Assembly: GCA_025594325.1 (NCBI GenBank)
Contig: JANHCV010000003.1
Coordinates: 496,001 to 560,000, forward strand
Origin: Blastocladiella emersonii ATCC 22665
Lineage: Eukaryota > Fungi > Blastocladiomycota
Reading direction: 5' to 3'
Length of the DNA: 64,000 bases
The notes under the pieces were generated by a model. That model saw only the letters and a program-made list of their open reading frames with translations. It did no database searches and was not told the DNA's origin. Position numbers and translations under genes: made by a program. Shown here one piece after another: positions 42,251 to 53,200 of the stretch (position 1 is the stretch's first letter; each line of letters begins with the position of its first letter).

Positions 42251-45200
42251 TCAGTTGGACGCGTTGAACATAAACGCGTCCAGCGACGACGCGTCGAGCC
42301 CGAGCCCGCCAAACTCCATGCTGGGCTGCACCCCCATCATCTCCTCGAGCTCGAGCGCCGCGAACGGCGCGTCGTTCCCGCCCGCGGGCGGCGCGGGCGC
42401 CGGCGTCGCCGCCGCCGCTGCCGCGGCACCAAACCCGTAGCTGCTACTCCCACCGCCACCGTACCCGCCCATCATGAACTGCGGCGGCATCGCGCTCGCC
42501 GCGACCGCAACGGGGTCGCCGCCCGAGAACAGCGGGTCGGCGTCCCGCGGCGCGGTCCCGAACCCCTGCCCCGGCACGGACCCGCCGGGCCCCCCGAACA
42601 CGCCCGCGCTGCCGAACAGCGACGCGCCCGCGGCCACGTTGCCGTACGCGGAGCCGCCGGGCGCGGCGTACCCGCCGAGACCGGGGGCCGGCGCACCCGG
42701 GTTGGTCGGGTTGAACCCGAACTCGCCGGTACCGCCAGAGCCGAACCCGGCGAAATCGAACCCGGTGCCGAACCCGCCGAGACTCGCGGCGGCCGGCGGG
42801 ATGAACGCGCCCGCGTTGACGTAGATGTTGTCGACGGGCTTGGCGGCGGCGCCGGCGCCGCGGGCGGGGTGAGACGGGAAGAAGCCCTGCTGGAACGTCG
42901 GCTGCTGCTGCGCCTGCTGCTGCTGCTGCTGCTGCTGCTGGGCCGCGTCGGCCTCGTTGTTGTTGCGGCGGGCGCGCATCTCGCTGCTCCACTCGCCCGT
43001 GGGCACCGTGGGCTCGCCCGACGCCTTGGCGACCTCGGCGAGCCGCGACCGGTCGATGCGGATCCCGTCGTGGAACGTGAGCGGGCACGTCGGGCTGCTG
43101 CCCGAGGGCGTCGCGTCGTCGGCCTCGTTCGGGTTGGGCGGCGAGTTACGACGCGCTGAGAACGTGGACGGCGACGGCGACGGCGACGCAGTCTCCCCCG
43201 CCCCCGCGCCCGCCCCGGCCGCCGAGGACCGGCTGGCGGGCGACGCGGACGCGGACCCCATCCGGCCGCTGTTGGCCTGGTCGGCGGCGGCGGTCATGAG
43301 GCGCGAGTACGCCTCGACGACGACGGCGGGGTCCTTGCACTGAGCGCTGGGCATGGGCGGGCGCATGGGCATGGGCGGGCACCGGCGCGCGGTGGCGGGG
43401 ATGGCGACGCGGTGCGCGGCGAAAAAGTCCTCGAGCATGAACCCGATGCGGTTGGCCATGGGCCACACGTCCTGCAGGGTGCTGAGGATCACGAGGCACT
43501 TCATGAGCGCGGTCAGCGAGTTGGCGCGCGTGTGCGCGGTGCCGTTGGGGCCACCGGCGGCGGCTTCGGCGGCGGTCGGCGGCGGCGCGGGCTCGGCGCC
43601 CGGCGCGGTCGGCGGGACCATGCAGTTGTACGTGATGACGAGCGTGGTGATGGCGGTGAACAGGCAGTAGAGGACGACGTTGGGGAGGAGGAAGAACTCG
43701 TCGACGCGGGCGTGGCAGATGTGCACGATGGCCTGGGCGGCGGTCGAGCAGATGTGCAGGTACTGCGGGAACAGCGGCGAGGTGCGCGCCTTGGCCGACG
43801 AGATGAAGGGCCTGTACAGCAGGATGATGGTGGTGTAGTAGGCGCAGTTGAGGAACGCGCTGAACCGCGACGGCGTCGGGGTGCGCGGGCTGAACGAGTA
43901 GCGCAGCGTGGGCGGCAGCTGGTTGAGCCACTGCGACAGCGCCGTGTGGATCTCGGGCAGCGAGAAGGCGAGCCGCCCGGGTGTGTGGTTGCGCACCGAG
44001 TTGATGTTGCGCAGCACCTTGCCGAGAATCACGCACAGCTTGGCCAGCTCGTTGTAGTCGCCGATCAGGTGCGCGCCGTCGGGGCCCGACAGCTCGCGCT
44101 CGTCCTCGACCGACGGCCACGACACGTCGCAGTCCTCGTCGTGGATCGCCAGCGGCCGGCCGAGGACGGCGGACACAAACCGGTCCATGACGTAGATGGC
44201 CGTGAACGTCTTCTTGGTCAGGTGGCGCTGCATGGGCGTGATGGACAGCGCGCCCGTCAGATTGTCCATGCGGCGGTTGAGCCCGATGTCCTGGGCCATG
44301 CGGATCGCGACGCCGCTGACGAGCCACGTCGACCCGCGCAGGAAGCCGAGCTCGTGGAACGACAGCAGCAGCAGCGCCTGGATGTACTCGAGGCACGGCG
44401 GCTCGAGCAGGATGTTGCGGGCGATCTGGCGCGCGCGGTTGAGGAAGATGTCTACGCGGGTTGCTGGTCAGTTCATGATCAAGGGATTGGATGAGCGAGA
44501 GGAACGGCGAACCGCTGGCGCCAGGCTTGTCGGACTTGTCCTGCGAGAGGCCCTCGTAGACGCGCGACGAGACGGCGAAGATGGAGTTGAGGAGCATGAG
44601 GGGCGGGTTGGGCTGCGACAGGCTGTTGTAGATCATCTGCTTCTCGACGACGGGCATGAAGGGGTGGAGGTACTCGACTAGAGGGTGGCGTTGCGTGGCG
44701 TGAGGGTTAGCGCAAGCAGCAAGGGTGGCACAGCAGCAGCGGCGGTGCGCGGCATCTGGTGGCGGCGGGGCCGCTGGGGCCAGCGATCGGAAGCACGTAC
44801 AGAAAAAGTCCCTGCATCCGCGTAATCGCCAGGCAGAGGCAACGGGAAGCGAGTTGCAAACGGAACGGGCAGCGAGCGAGGAGGTGAAGGGTGCGGGGGT
44901 CGCGATCGGAAAGGGCGTCGTGAATGAGTAAGCACAGGCACTCGCCACACGGCGTCGCGAAAGAAAGAAACGCACAGCAGCAAGTCGATGATCTCGCGCG
45001 GGGGCAGGTCGCACTCGGCGCCGCGCGGGGTGTGCTTCTTGAGGACCGAGGGGACGACGAGGACGCCCTCGGAGACGCGGTCGCTCCACATGCGCAGCAG
45101 GTGCATGCCCGACGACGACCCGAGCGAGCGCAGCGCGTTGATGCCGCCGTTCTCCTCGAGCGACACGAGAAACGTCATCATGTCGGCGAGGTCCTCGTCG

Positions 45201-45607
45201 TCGTCGCCGCTACCACGGGCGCGGCCGTCGGCCCCGGCGTCGGGGCCCGTCACGTCCATGCCGTCGGCCGCATTTCCGCCAGAAGGGTGCGCGTCGCCGG
45301 CACCCGACCCCGTGTCGGCGCCCGACCCGCTGCCGGCGCGCATGGTGGGCCCGCGGCGCTTGGGCATCTGGTAGGTGCAGGGGAAGTTGGCGCGGCTGCA
45401 GTACTCGCACGGCAGCGAGCCGTCGCAGCGGATCTTCTTTTTCCGGCACGTGTTGCAGGCGACGCTGATGCGGCTGCGCTTGGACGCGGGCCGCTGGTCG
45501 TCGCCGTGCGGCGAGGATGGGTCGTCGTCGTGCGGGTGCTGGTGCTGCTGATGGTGGTGTTGCGCCGGCGCGCCGGGCCCGGCGGCGGTGTTCGCATTCG
45601 AGTCCAT
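42251..45607 (-). CDS. Zn(II)2Cys6 transcription factor with fungal-specific TF (MHR) domain (about 1002 aa, 4 exons)
   Basis: Exons 45607-44976, 44801-44791 (11 nt), 44677-44513 and 44451-42251. Zinc cluster ACNTCRKKKIRCDGSLPCEYCSRANFPCTY. MHR motifs: EYLHPFMPVV, IQALLLLS, AIRMAQDIGLNR, YVMDRFVSAVLGRPLAI. Confidence 0.92.
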
Positions 45608-47228
45608 GGTGAGTGCGGTGGAGGTGGACCCGGGTGCGGCGAGTCTCGGTGGTGCTGGATAATGAGCGGAGGGAGAGAGGAAGGGCCGCGCGGCGAAGCG
45701 GGGCCTGGAGAAAGCCCGAAGCCGCGCGCCACGCCGCGAGCTGACCTGGGGCTTCAGCCCGGTCCTCCCGCACGGTGATGTCAGCCGAAAGATCGCGATA
45801 CTGGCGCGTCGTTGGGGCCACCGTGGCCATGATCGTGAGGCTGCCGTAGCACGCTGCCCACGCAGTCTCTCCCAGGGTCCGATGGTGTCGCGTCGTTCTC
45901 TGATGTGAGACGGCCGCTCACGTCGCTCTCACAGCGACCACGGTCACGATCACGATCGCGATCACGACCTGTTATCGGGCAGTTCAAGTCGGCGGCCGCG
46001 ATGACCGACGCGTCGCGCTGCCGTCCAGCGCGTCGGCCGGCGCACAGCCGCGCAGCCGCGGCGTCCCGAACGCTGCCCGCCGGCCGGCCGCCGGTTTCCC
46101 CGACGTAGAGCTCGCGCTGATGCGCCACATGGGTCCACTTCCACTTTGACATCACCCTCCGCGACGCTCACGATCGACTTGCCCTGCTTTGCCTCCACCT
46201 CCGTGCTCACGGTCGCTGCGTCGAGAGTGGACCCAAGGCGCGCGTCAGGGATCACGGAGACCCGTTTCACCACCATGTCTCGGGCGTTGGTCGCTCCTCG
46301 CCCGCTCCCCGTCCGCGCTCTCCCACGCGTCCGCCGCCCTCGCCGATCACGGTCCCCGGACATCATGTAAGCTGATGCATTTTCACGAGCGCGGCCGCCG
46401 CGATCACCACCGCCCCGCCGTCGGCGTGTGCACGTTTGCCGCACGGCGAGGCGGCGAGGCAGATGAGAAGGGACCCTGCGTGTGGCCCATGCGGTGCACG
46501 GCAGCGTTGATGAATGGGTGTTTCGGAGTCACGCGGGGGCGGCACCACTCGCTCGCCACGCGCTCCGCGGCCAATCACGGCGCGCCGCCGAAGCAAAGGC
46601 GCTTGCTGATAAAAATAATCTCAACCGCGACGCGTGCTTCCTGCAGGCGCATCGCGCCCCTGGCCGCCGTGATGAACGCCCGCCGTCTCATTCGGGCGCC
46701 GCGCGGCCCCGGTTGTTGCTGCGCTGCATCGTCGCCTGCACGACGCACGCGAGTCGGGTTCTTGCTCTCCAAGTCCGGCTCTCCCCCGCTGCCCGCTTCT
46801 CTTCTCGACCTCGCCCACGTTTGGCTGCTGCTTGTCCTCGCCGTGACCCACGTTTGCCGCCAAAACCTGCCCTGCAGCTCTCTCCCCTCGACCTCCCATC
46901 GGCCGATCCGCTCTCTCTCTCCACGTTGACCTTCATCAAAACCCTCGCCCACGCGGCCCTCTCCACCTTCCACCAAGCCTCGAGCCTGCTTCCACGCACT
47001 TAGACATAGAGTACGTTCGCTTGCTTGATGCGTCGATGGCCGCGGACGGACGGACACCGAGCGCAAGCCTCGGTGCTGCGCAGCGCGCGACGCAACCGGT
47101 GGGCGGGTCCGAACTGGGTTTCGCGGCTGTGGCCGTGGCCGTGGCCGCCGTGGCCACGGTCGCGTCCTCGGGGCTTGCAGCGTCGAGCGGGAGTGGAGCG
47201 GACGCGCCTGGGCCTCGCCCTCGCCGTC

Positions 47229-47250
47229 TATATATATTCCCGCGGCCGCC
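47229..47250 (+). promoter_or_regulatory. TATA element upstream of the C2H2 TF gene
   Basis: TATATATATTCCCGCGGCCGCC in otherwise very GC-rich DNA, about 410 nt before the ATG at 47645. A second TATATCATCGGCCGC lies at about 47563. Confidence 0.5.
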
Positions 47251-47644
47251 GCGCCTGCTGCACCGCCGTGCATGACACCGACGCTCGCCCACACACCCGC
47301 CCCGCTCATCGGTACAGCGTCGCCGCCCTAGCCGCCGCCCTCGCCGCTGCCCATCGTCCCGGGCCTCGTCCTGCGCCCGCTCCCTCGCCCTCGCGCGCCG
47401 CGCCCCATCGCTGTCTCGCCCAGCTAGTTTTGGCTAACAACTCTGTCCGCTCCCTTGTTCTCCCATCGTTGTAATCCTTGCCGCGCGCGCTCTCCTCTCG
47501 CCGTTCGTTCATCAACCAACCTCCAGCTCGCGCTCTCCTCCCTCCCTCCCGGCCTCCCCTTGTATATCATCGGCCGCTTTCCCTCCCATCCCATCCCATC
47601 GCGCGGCTCCGTCAAGCACCTCCACCTCCATCACCTCCATCACC

Positions 47645-49996
47645 ATGCTCGCCGATCCCTGGGCCTCGCTCCTCGACGACTCGGACCGCTACCCGTTCGC
47701 GCTGCCGCCGTCGCCGTCCACGTCCGCGTGGCTCGCCGACGACGTGGACCGCCTGAGCGCCGTGTCGTCGGACCTGGCGTCGTCGTCGATCCTGCCCGCC
47801 GCTGCTACGTCGCTCGAGCTCACCGACATGCTCATGCTCGATGCTGAGCCCGCGCCCGATGTCGGCGCTGAGGTGCCCACGTTTGGCCTCTCCGCTGCCG
47901 ATGCGAGCAGCATGGGCACGGCAGCGGCCTCGGCGCCTGCCCTGCTCGGCTACCACCCGCAGCCCCACCACTTTCACCAGCAGCCGCAATATCAGCACCA
48001 CCCGCTCGTCCACTTTCACGCCGGTGTCGGTGCCGGGTTCGACGCGTTCGGCAACGGCATCGTCGGGCCCGGCGACCTGAACCAGCAGCAGTCGCTCAAG
48101 CACCATCTCCACTGCCTCGATCGCCAAGCCTACCACGGCTTCACCAACAACCACCACCACGCCTCGTCGCCCGCGTCCGACCTGCCCTTCCTGTTCCCGT
48201 CCTCGGACCACAACTCGCTCGTGTCCGCGTCAGACGACATGTGCCCTGGCGGCACCCACCCTCACCACCATGTACAGCTCCCCTCGCCGCCCGCCATCCC
48301 CGTCGCCGCCGACCAGGACCTCTCGCTGCTGTGGGCCATGGGCAACATCTGCCTCGCGCACGGCCCGCAGCCCGCGTTTCTCGCGCCATCCTCCGCACCA
48401 ACACCGACCGCGCCGCTCATGGACGGCTGCAGCGGCGGCGGCGCCACGCGCGACGTGTCGAGCCACTTTGGGCTTGCTCCCACTTCCTCCTCTTCACCCT
48501 CGGCTGCGGCCGCGTTCGAGTATCCGAGCCCCGTCCCGACCCCCGACCTGCCCGTCCTCGCTGTCAGCCCCTCCGTCATCATGCACCGCCGCAGCCACTC
48601 GCTGCCCAACCTCGACGCGTCGCTGTGCACCGCCGCCTCCGACTCGGCTTCCTCGGCAGCGGTCGGCGCGTCGCACGCGTCCCCGCACATTGCCGCCATG
48701 GGCCGCCGCGGTGGGCTGGCGGCAGCCGACGAGCATGAGTCGCTCCTCGTCTCGTCGCGCGTGTTCGGGTATCCGTCCTCGGCCGCGCCACCCGCGGCGC
48801 CAACGGGCGGGCTCCACCCGCAGCCCGCGCGGAAACGCCCGCGGAGCCAGTCCGAGACGCTCCCCGGCCAGCAACCGGCATCCGCCTCGGCAGCCCGCCG
48901 CACCGCCGCGTCGTCGGCGCTCGCCCCGCTCGAGATGCCCGTGCGCCTGCCGTCGTCCCCGCTCGCCGCCACGTCCGCATCGACCACGGGCTTCTGCGCC
49001 GCCATGTTCCCGTCGCCGCTCTCGTCGCCCGACTCGCCGATCCCCGCCGGCGCCTCGGCCGCGCCGTTCGGCGCCGCCGTGTTCGACGCGTTCCCGAGTA
49101 TCGCGGCCGCAGGTGCGGCGCCGGGCGAAGACGGCGGGTTCATTGACGCGAGCGTCGTCGATCGCCTGTGCCTCGACATAGCGACGTCCAGCGCGGCCGA
49201 GGCCGACGACGACGCGTCGCTCAAGCGGAAACGGTCCGCATCGTTCTACGATCCCGCTGATCTCGCTGCCGCCGCCGCGGGTCCCGAGACTCAGTTGCAG
49301 CAGCCCCAGGACCTGACCCCGCCCACGTCGCCCGTGCCCACCGCCGCCGCGAAGCCGGTGGCCGCAAAACCCGCCGCCAAGTCGGCGTCGCGCCGCACCA
49401 CCACCTCGCGCGCGGCCAAGGCCAAGCTGGGCTCGGTCGCCGCCGCGCTCGCCGCCATCGTCAACGGCCCGGCCGACTCGCCGCCCGCCCCCGTCCCCGC
49501 TCCTGCCGCCACCGTCACCGCCCCGACCAAGCCGAAACCGAAACGCGCCGCCGCCGCCTCGGCCATCGCCGCCGTCTCGGTCGCTGCCTCCGAGTCGAGC
49601 TCGTCCGACGACGCCGACGCCGACGCCGACCTCCACCACGACCCCACCGCGTGCTACGGCGACGACCTCCTGGACGCCGACGGCGAGCCGCGCCCGTTCA
49701 CGTGCGCCTTCGCCGGGTGCACGGCGCGCTTCTCGCGCAACCACGACCTCAAGCGCCACGAGCGCATCCACACGGGCGAGAAGAAGTGGAAGTGCGGCGA
49801 GTGCCACCGCGCGTTCGGCCGCCGCGACGCTCTCGCACGGCACATGTCGGCGCCCGGCGGGCGGTGTAAGGCCATGGCGGGAAAGCGCCGCCTGAACCAG
49901 ATCCGACGGTTGTCGGGCGCGAGCAACGCGGATGATGATGAGGTGCTCGCGGCGATCGCGGTGGCGACGGCGGCCGCGGCGTCGGCCAACTTGTAG
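47645..49996 (+). CDS. C2H2 zinc-finger transcription factor, two C-terminal fingers (783 aa)
   Basis: RPFTCAFAGCTARFSRNHDLKRHERIHTGEKKWKCGECHRAFGRRDALARHM, preceded by a long low-complexity N-terminus. Single ORF. Confidence 0.9.
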   Translation: MLADPWASLLDDSDRYPFALPPSPSTSAWLADDVDRLSAVSSDLASSSILPAAATSLELTDMLMLDAEPAPDVGAEVPTFGLSAADASSMGTAAASAPALLGYHPQPHHFHQQPQYQHHPLVHFHAGVGAGFDAFGNGIVGPGDLNQQQSLKHHLHCLDRQAYHGFTNNHHHASSPASDLPFLFPSSDHNSLVSASDDMCPGGTHPHHHVQLPSPPAIPVAADQDLSLLWAMGNICLAHGPQPAFLAPSSAPTPTAPLMDGCSGGGATRDVSSHFGLAPTSSSSPSAAAAFEYPSPVPTPDLPVLAVSPSVIMHRRSHSLPNLDASLCTAASDSASSAAVGASHASPHIAAMGRRGGLAAADEHESLLVSSRVFGYPSSAAPPAAPTGGLHPQPARKRPRSQSETLPGQQPASASAARRTAASSALAPLEMPVRLPSSPLAATSASTTGFCAAMFPSPLSSPDSPIPAGASAAPFGAAVFDAFPSIAAAGAAPGEDGGFIDASVVDRLCLDIATSSAAEADDDASLKRKRSASFYDPADLAAAAAGPETQLQQPQDLTPPTSPVPTAAAKPVAAKPAAKSASRRTTTSRAAKAKLGSVAAALAAIVNGPADSPPAPVPAPAATVTAPTKPKPKRAAAASAIAAVSVAASESSSSDDADADADLHHDPTACYGDDLLDADGEPRPFTCAFAGCTARFSRNHDLKRHERIHTGEKKWKCGECHRAFGRRDALARHMSAPGGRCKAMAGKRRLNQIRRLSGASNADDDEVLAAIAVATAAAASANL

Positions 49997-50296
49997 ATTT
50001 CCTTCCTCGTGTATTTTTCTTCCTGTTCTTGCAGTACCCCGATCCCTCCCCCCAATTGTACATTACATGATCACCTTACTAGATAGTTGTTTCTCTTCTC
50101 GACTCACTGGACGCTCGTTGTGTAAGGTGCGCGATGGCCATGGCCGTGGTCGTGATCACCGTGGCCAACACGCAGCATGGCCGTGGTCACTCTCACCGCG
50201 GCCACCGTGACCTCACCCTTCTCAGCAAGCAAAAGACTCGCGAAGGCAGCTTGGAATCACAAACCATTAAATTTATCAGCAAACATCCTCACTTGC

Positions 50297-53200
50297 TCAC
50301 GCAGCCCCTCCCGCCGCGCCTCCCCCACGCCCCGCGCCTCCAGGCCGCCCGCCTCGCCGCGACGGGACCACAGGCAGCCCAGCGCGCGCGCCGCGACGCG
50401 CCCGGCCGCCACCGCGACCAGTCGGCGTCGCGGTCCCCGTAGGCGTCGCGGCAGCAGCTGTAGTAGCGGGCGCTGACGCGTCGGCGGGGACAATCGCAGC
50501 GGCCACGGCCGCGTTGACGGGCGGGAACAGCCGCGCGAGCGCGCTCTGCTGTTGCCGCGCGGCCACGGCGGCGGCGGGAGCGGGTGCTGGGACCGCGGCC
50601 GTCGTAACAGCAGCGACGGGCTTGGTCGCAGCAGCCGACTTGGGCCGCGCCGCGGGCGGCGGCGGAATCGGGATGGGCGTCGGGACGACGGGCGCGGGCG
50701 CCGCGGCGGCGCTGGCGGGGGCGGCAGACGAGGAGCCGGCGGGCGCGAGCGGGAACGTGATGGCCTTAAACTCGAAGCCCTTGGACTCGCTGCTGGCCTG
50801 GTCCGCCGAGGCCGAGGCTGGCGCGGGAGCAGCGGCAGCCGGTACAGGGGCAGCCGCAGGCGCGGGCGCGGGAACCGTCGGCCACTGCGCGCGCGGCTGC
50901 GCGGGCACGGCGCCGACCGGGGGAGCCGGCGACACGCGCATCGGCGCGGGCGCCGCGGGCGGCGCGCGGATCGGGACCGGAGCGGGTGCTGGGGTCGCGG
51001 CGGGGGCAGGAGCCGACGGCGCTGCGGCGACATCGACGTCCATGGCATTCGGGTCAGCGGTCGCCGCGGGCGCCGGAGCGGACCCGCTCGCCAGCGAGTG
51101 CGCCGAGTGCGCGGCGCTCGGGATCGCGGTCGAGCTGAGCGTCGAGAGGCCCGACAACGGCGCAGGACTCGCGCCCGTGGTGGTGGTGGTGGTGGCGGCG
51201 GTGGACGAGCCGGCAGCGGCGGCGCTCGGAAGCGAGGCGGTCGATGACGCGGCGGACGGCTTCATCTTGGCCATGAGCTGCGCGCGGAGCTCGCTCAGCT
51301 TGGCCGCGTTGCCCGCCGGCGCGGCGGCCGCGGGGGCAGCAGGAGGAGCTGGTGCGGCAGCGGCGGGGGCAGGCTGCGCGGGAGCCGCGGCGGCGGGCGT
51401 CGCTGGGACCGCTTGCGCGGGAGCAGCGGCAGGAGCCGCAGTCTGGGCGGGAACCCGCGGGGCAGCCGCGGCAGCAGGGACCGGGGCGGCAGCGGCAGCA
51501 GGGACCGGGGCGGCAGCGGCAGCGGGCGCGCTCGCCGTCGCGGCCGCCGGCTGCGCGGGGCTACTCGAGCGGGACGCCTGCTGCTGCTGCATCTGCATCT
51601 GCTGTTGCTGCATGAGGAGCGCGCGCGTCGCCTCGAGCGACCGAGCCGGCGGGCGGGTCGGCGTACCCGACGCGGCCTGCTGCTGCTGCTGCTGGGCGGG
51701 CGGGAACTGGATCGGGACGGGAGCGGGAGCCGGGGCAGCCGCCGCGGCGGGAGCACTCGTGGCAGGAGCCTGCAGCTGCTGAGGGCGAGCGGGCGCACCC
51801 GGTGCCGCCATCGACGCGGCGGGAGCCGTGCCGGCGGGCGTGAACACGATGGGCGCGGGCTTGGCCGGGACCGAGGCGGGGACAGGCGCCGTGGCGGCCT
51901 GCTGCTGCTGCTGCTGCTGGACGGGCGTCGGGATGCGCTGCGGGAGCGGCGGCAGGTTGGCCGAGCGCGTCTCGGAGGCGGTGCGCTGGCGCTTGAGCTC
52001 GGCGGCCGCAGCGTCGGAATCGGGGGTACCGAGCGACCGTTTCTGCGTGGGCGCGAGCAGGACGGGAGCTGCGGGTGCAGCAGCGGGAGCAGCGGCGACA
52101 GGCGCGGCGGCGGGTGCAGGAGCCGGAGCGGGGGCCGACGCAGGAGCGGTCGGGGCGGGTGCCGATGCAGGCGCCGCGGGAGCCGCCATGGGAGCGGGTC
52201 GCGGGGCAGCCGCCGCCGCCGCCGGAGCAGCAACGATCGGGACAGCAGCAGCAGTAGCCGCAGCAGCAGCAGCAGCAGCCTGCGTGCGCACCTGGTGCAG
52301 CGCGCGCTGCGTGGCCGTGAGCTGGCTGCGGAGACTCTCGACGCTGCTGCGGAGCTGGGCGATGGTCGCCTCGAGCGCAGCGACGTTCTGGGCGGCGCCC
52401 TCCTGGCTGTTGGCCTGGCTCTGCTGGGCGGCAGCGAGCTCGGCCTGGAGCTGGTCGCGGGTGGCCTTGAGGTCCTCGTTCTCGGCGAGCAGGTTGCGCA
52501 TGACGTCAACGCGCTCGTTGCTGCGGGTGCGGAGCCGCTCGAGGACGGCGGCGGCGTTAGCGCGCTCCTGCTCGGCGAGGGCGCGGACCTGGTCGAGCTC
52601 CTGGGTGCGGAGCTCGAGTTCCTGGCGGGCCTCGGCGTGCGCGGCCTCGAGCTGCGCGTGGACGGCGCGGTCGACCTGGTTGGGGGGGTTCGGGAGCGCC
52701 GAGAACCGCGCCTGCCACTCGGCGGCCTCGGCCTTGTACTGCTCAGCGAGGGCGCGCGCGGCCGCGAGGTTGGCCTCGGCCTCGACGCCGCTGGCGCGCA
52801 GCGCGTCGAGCGAGCGGCGGACCGACTCGGCGGTGGCGGTCGCCGACGCGTACATGGCCTCGAAGTGCTCGCGGTCCTTGCGCAGGCTGTTGTTGGAGTC
52901 GGACAGCACCATGACCTGGCGCTCGCGCTCGGCGACCGCGTTCTGGAGCTCCGTGAGCTTGTCGGCGTCCGACGGCCGCGTCGCGTACTCCTTGACCTGC
53001 GCCTGGAGCGCGGCCACCTGCCGCTCGAGCGTGCTGACCTGGCGCGTCGCCTCGAGCACCGTGGCCTCCTTCTCGACGAGCAGCGCGTTCCGCTCGCGGC
53101 GGAGCAGGGACAGGAGCTCCTGCGCGGTCTGGTCGCCGCCGTTGATCTGCGCAAACAGCGCCTCGTTCTGCTCGCGGAGGTTGGCGAGCTGGGCGTCGAC

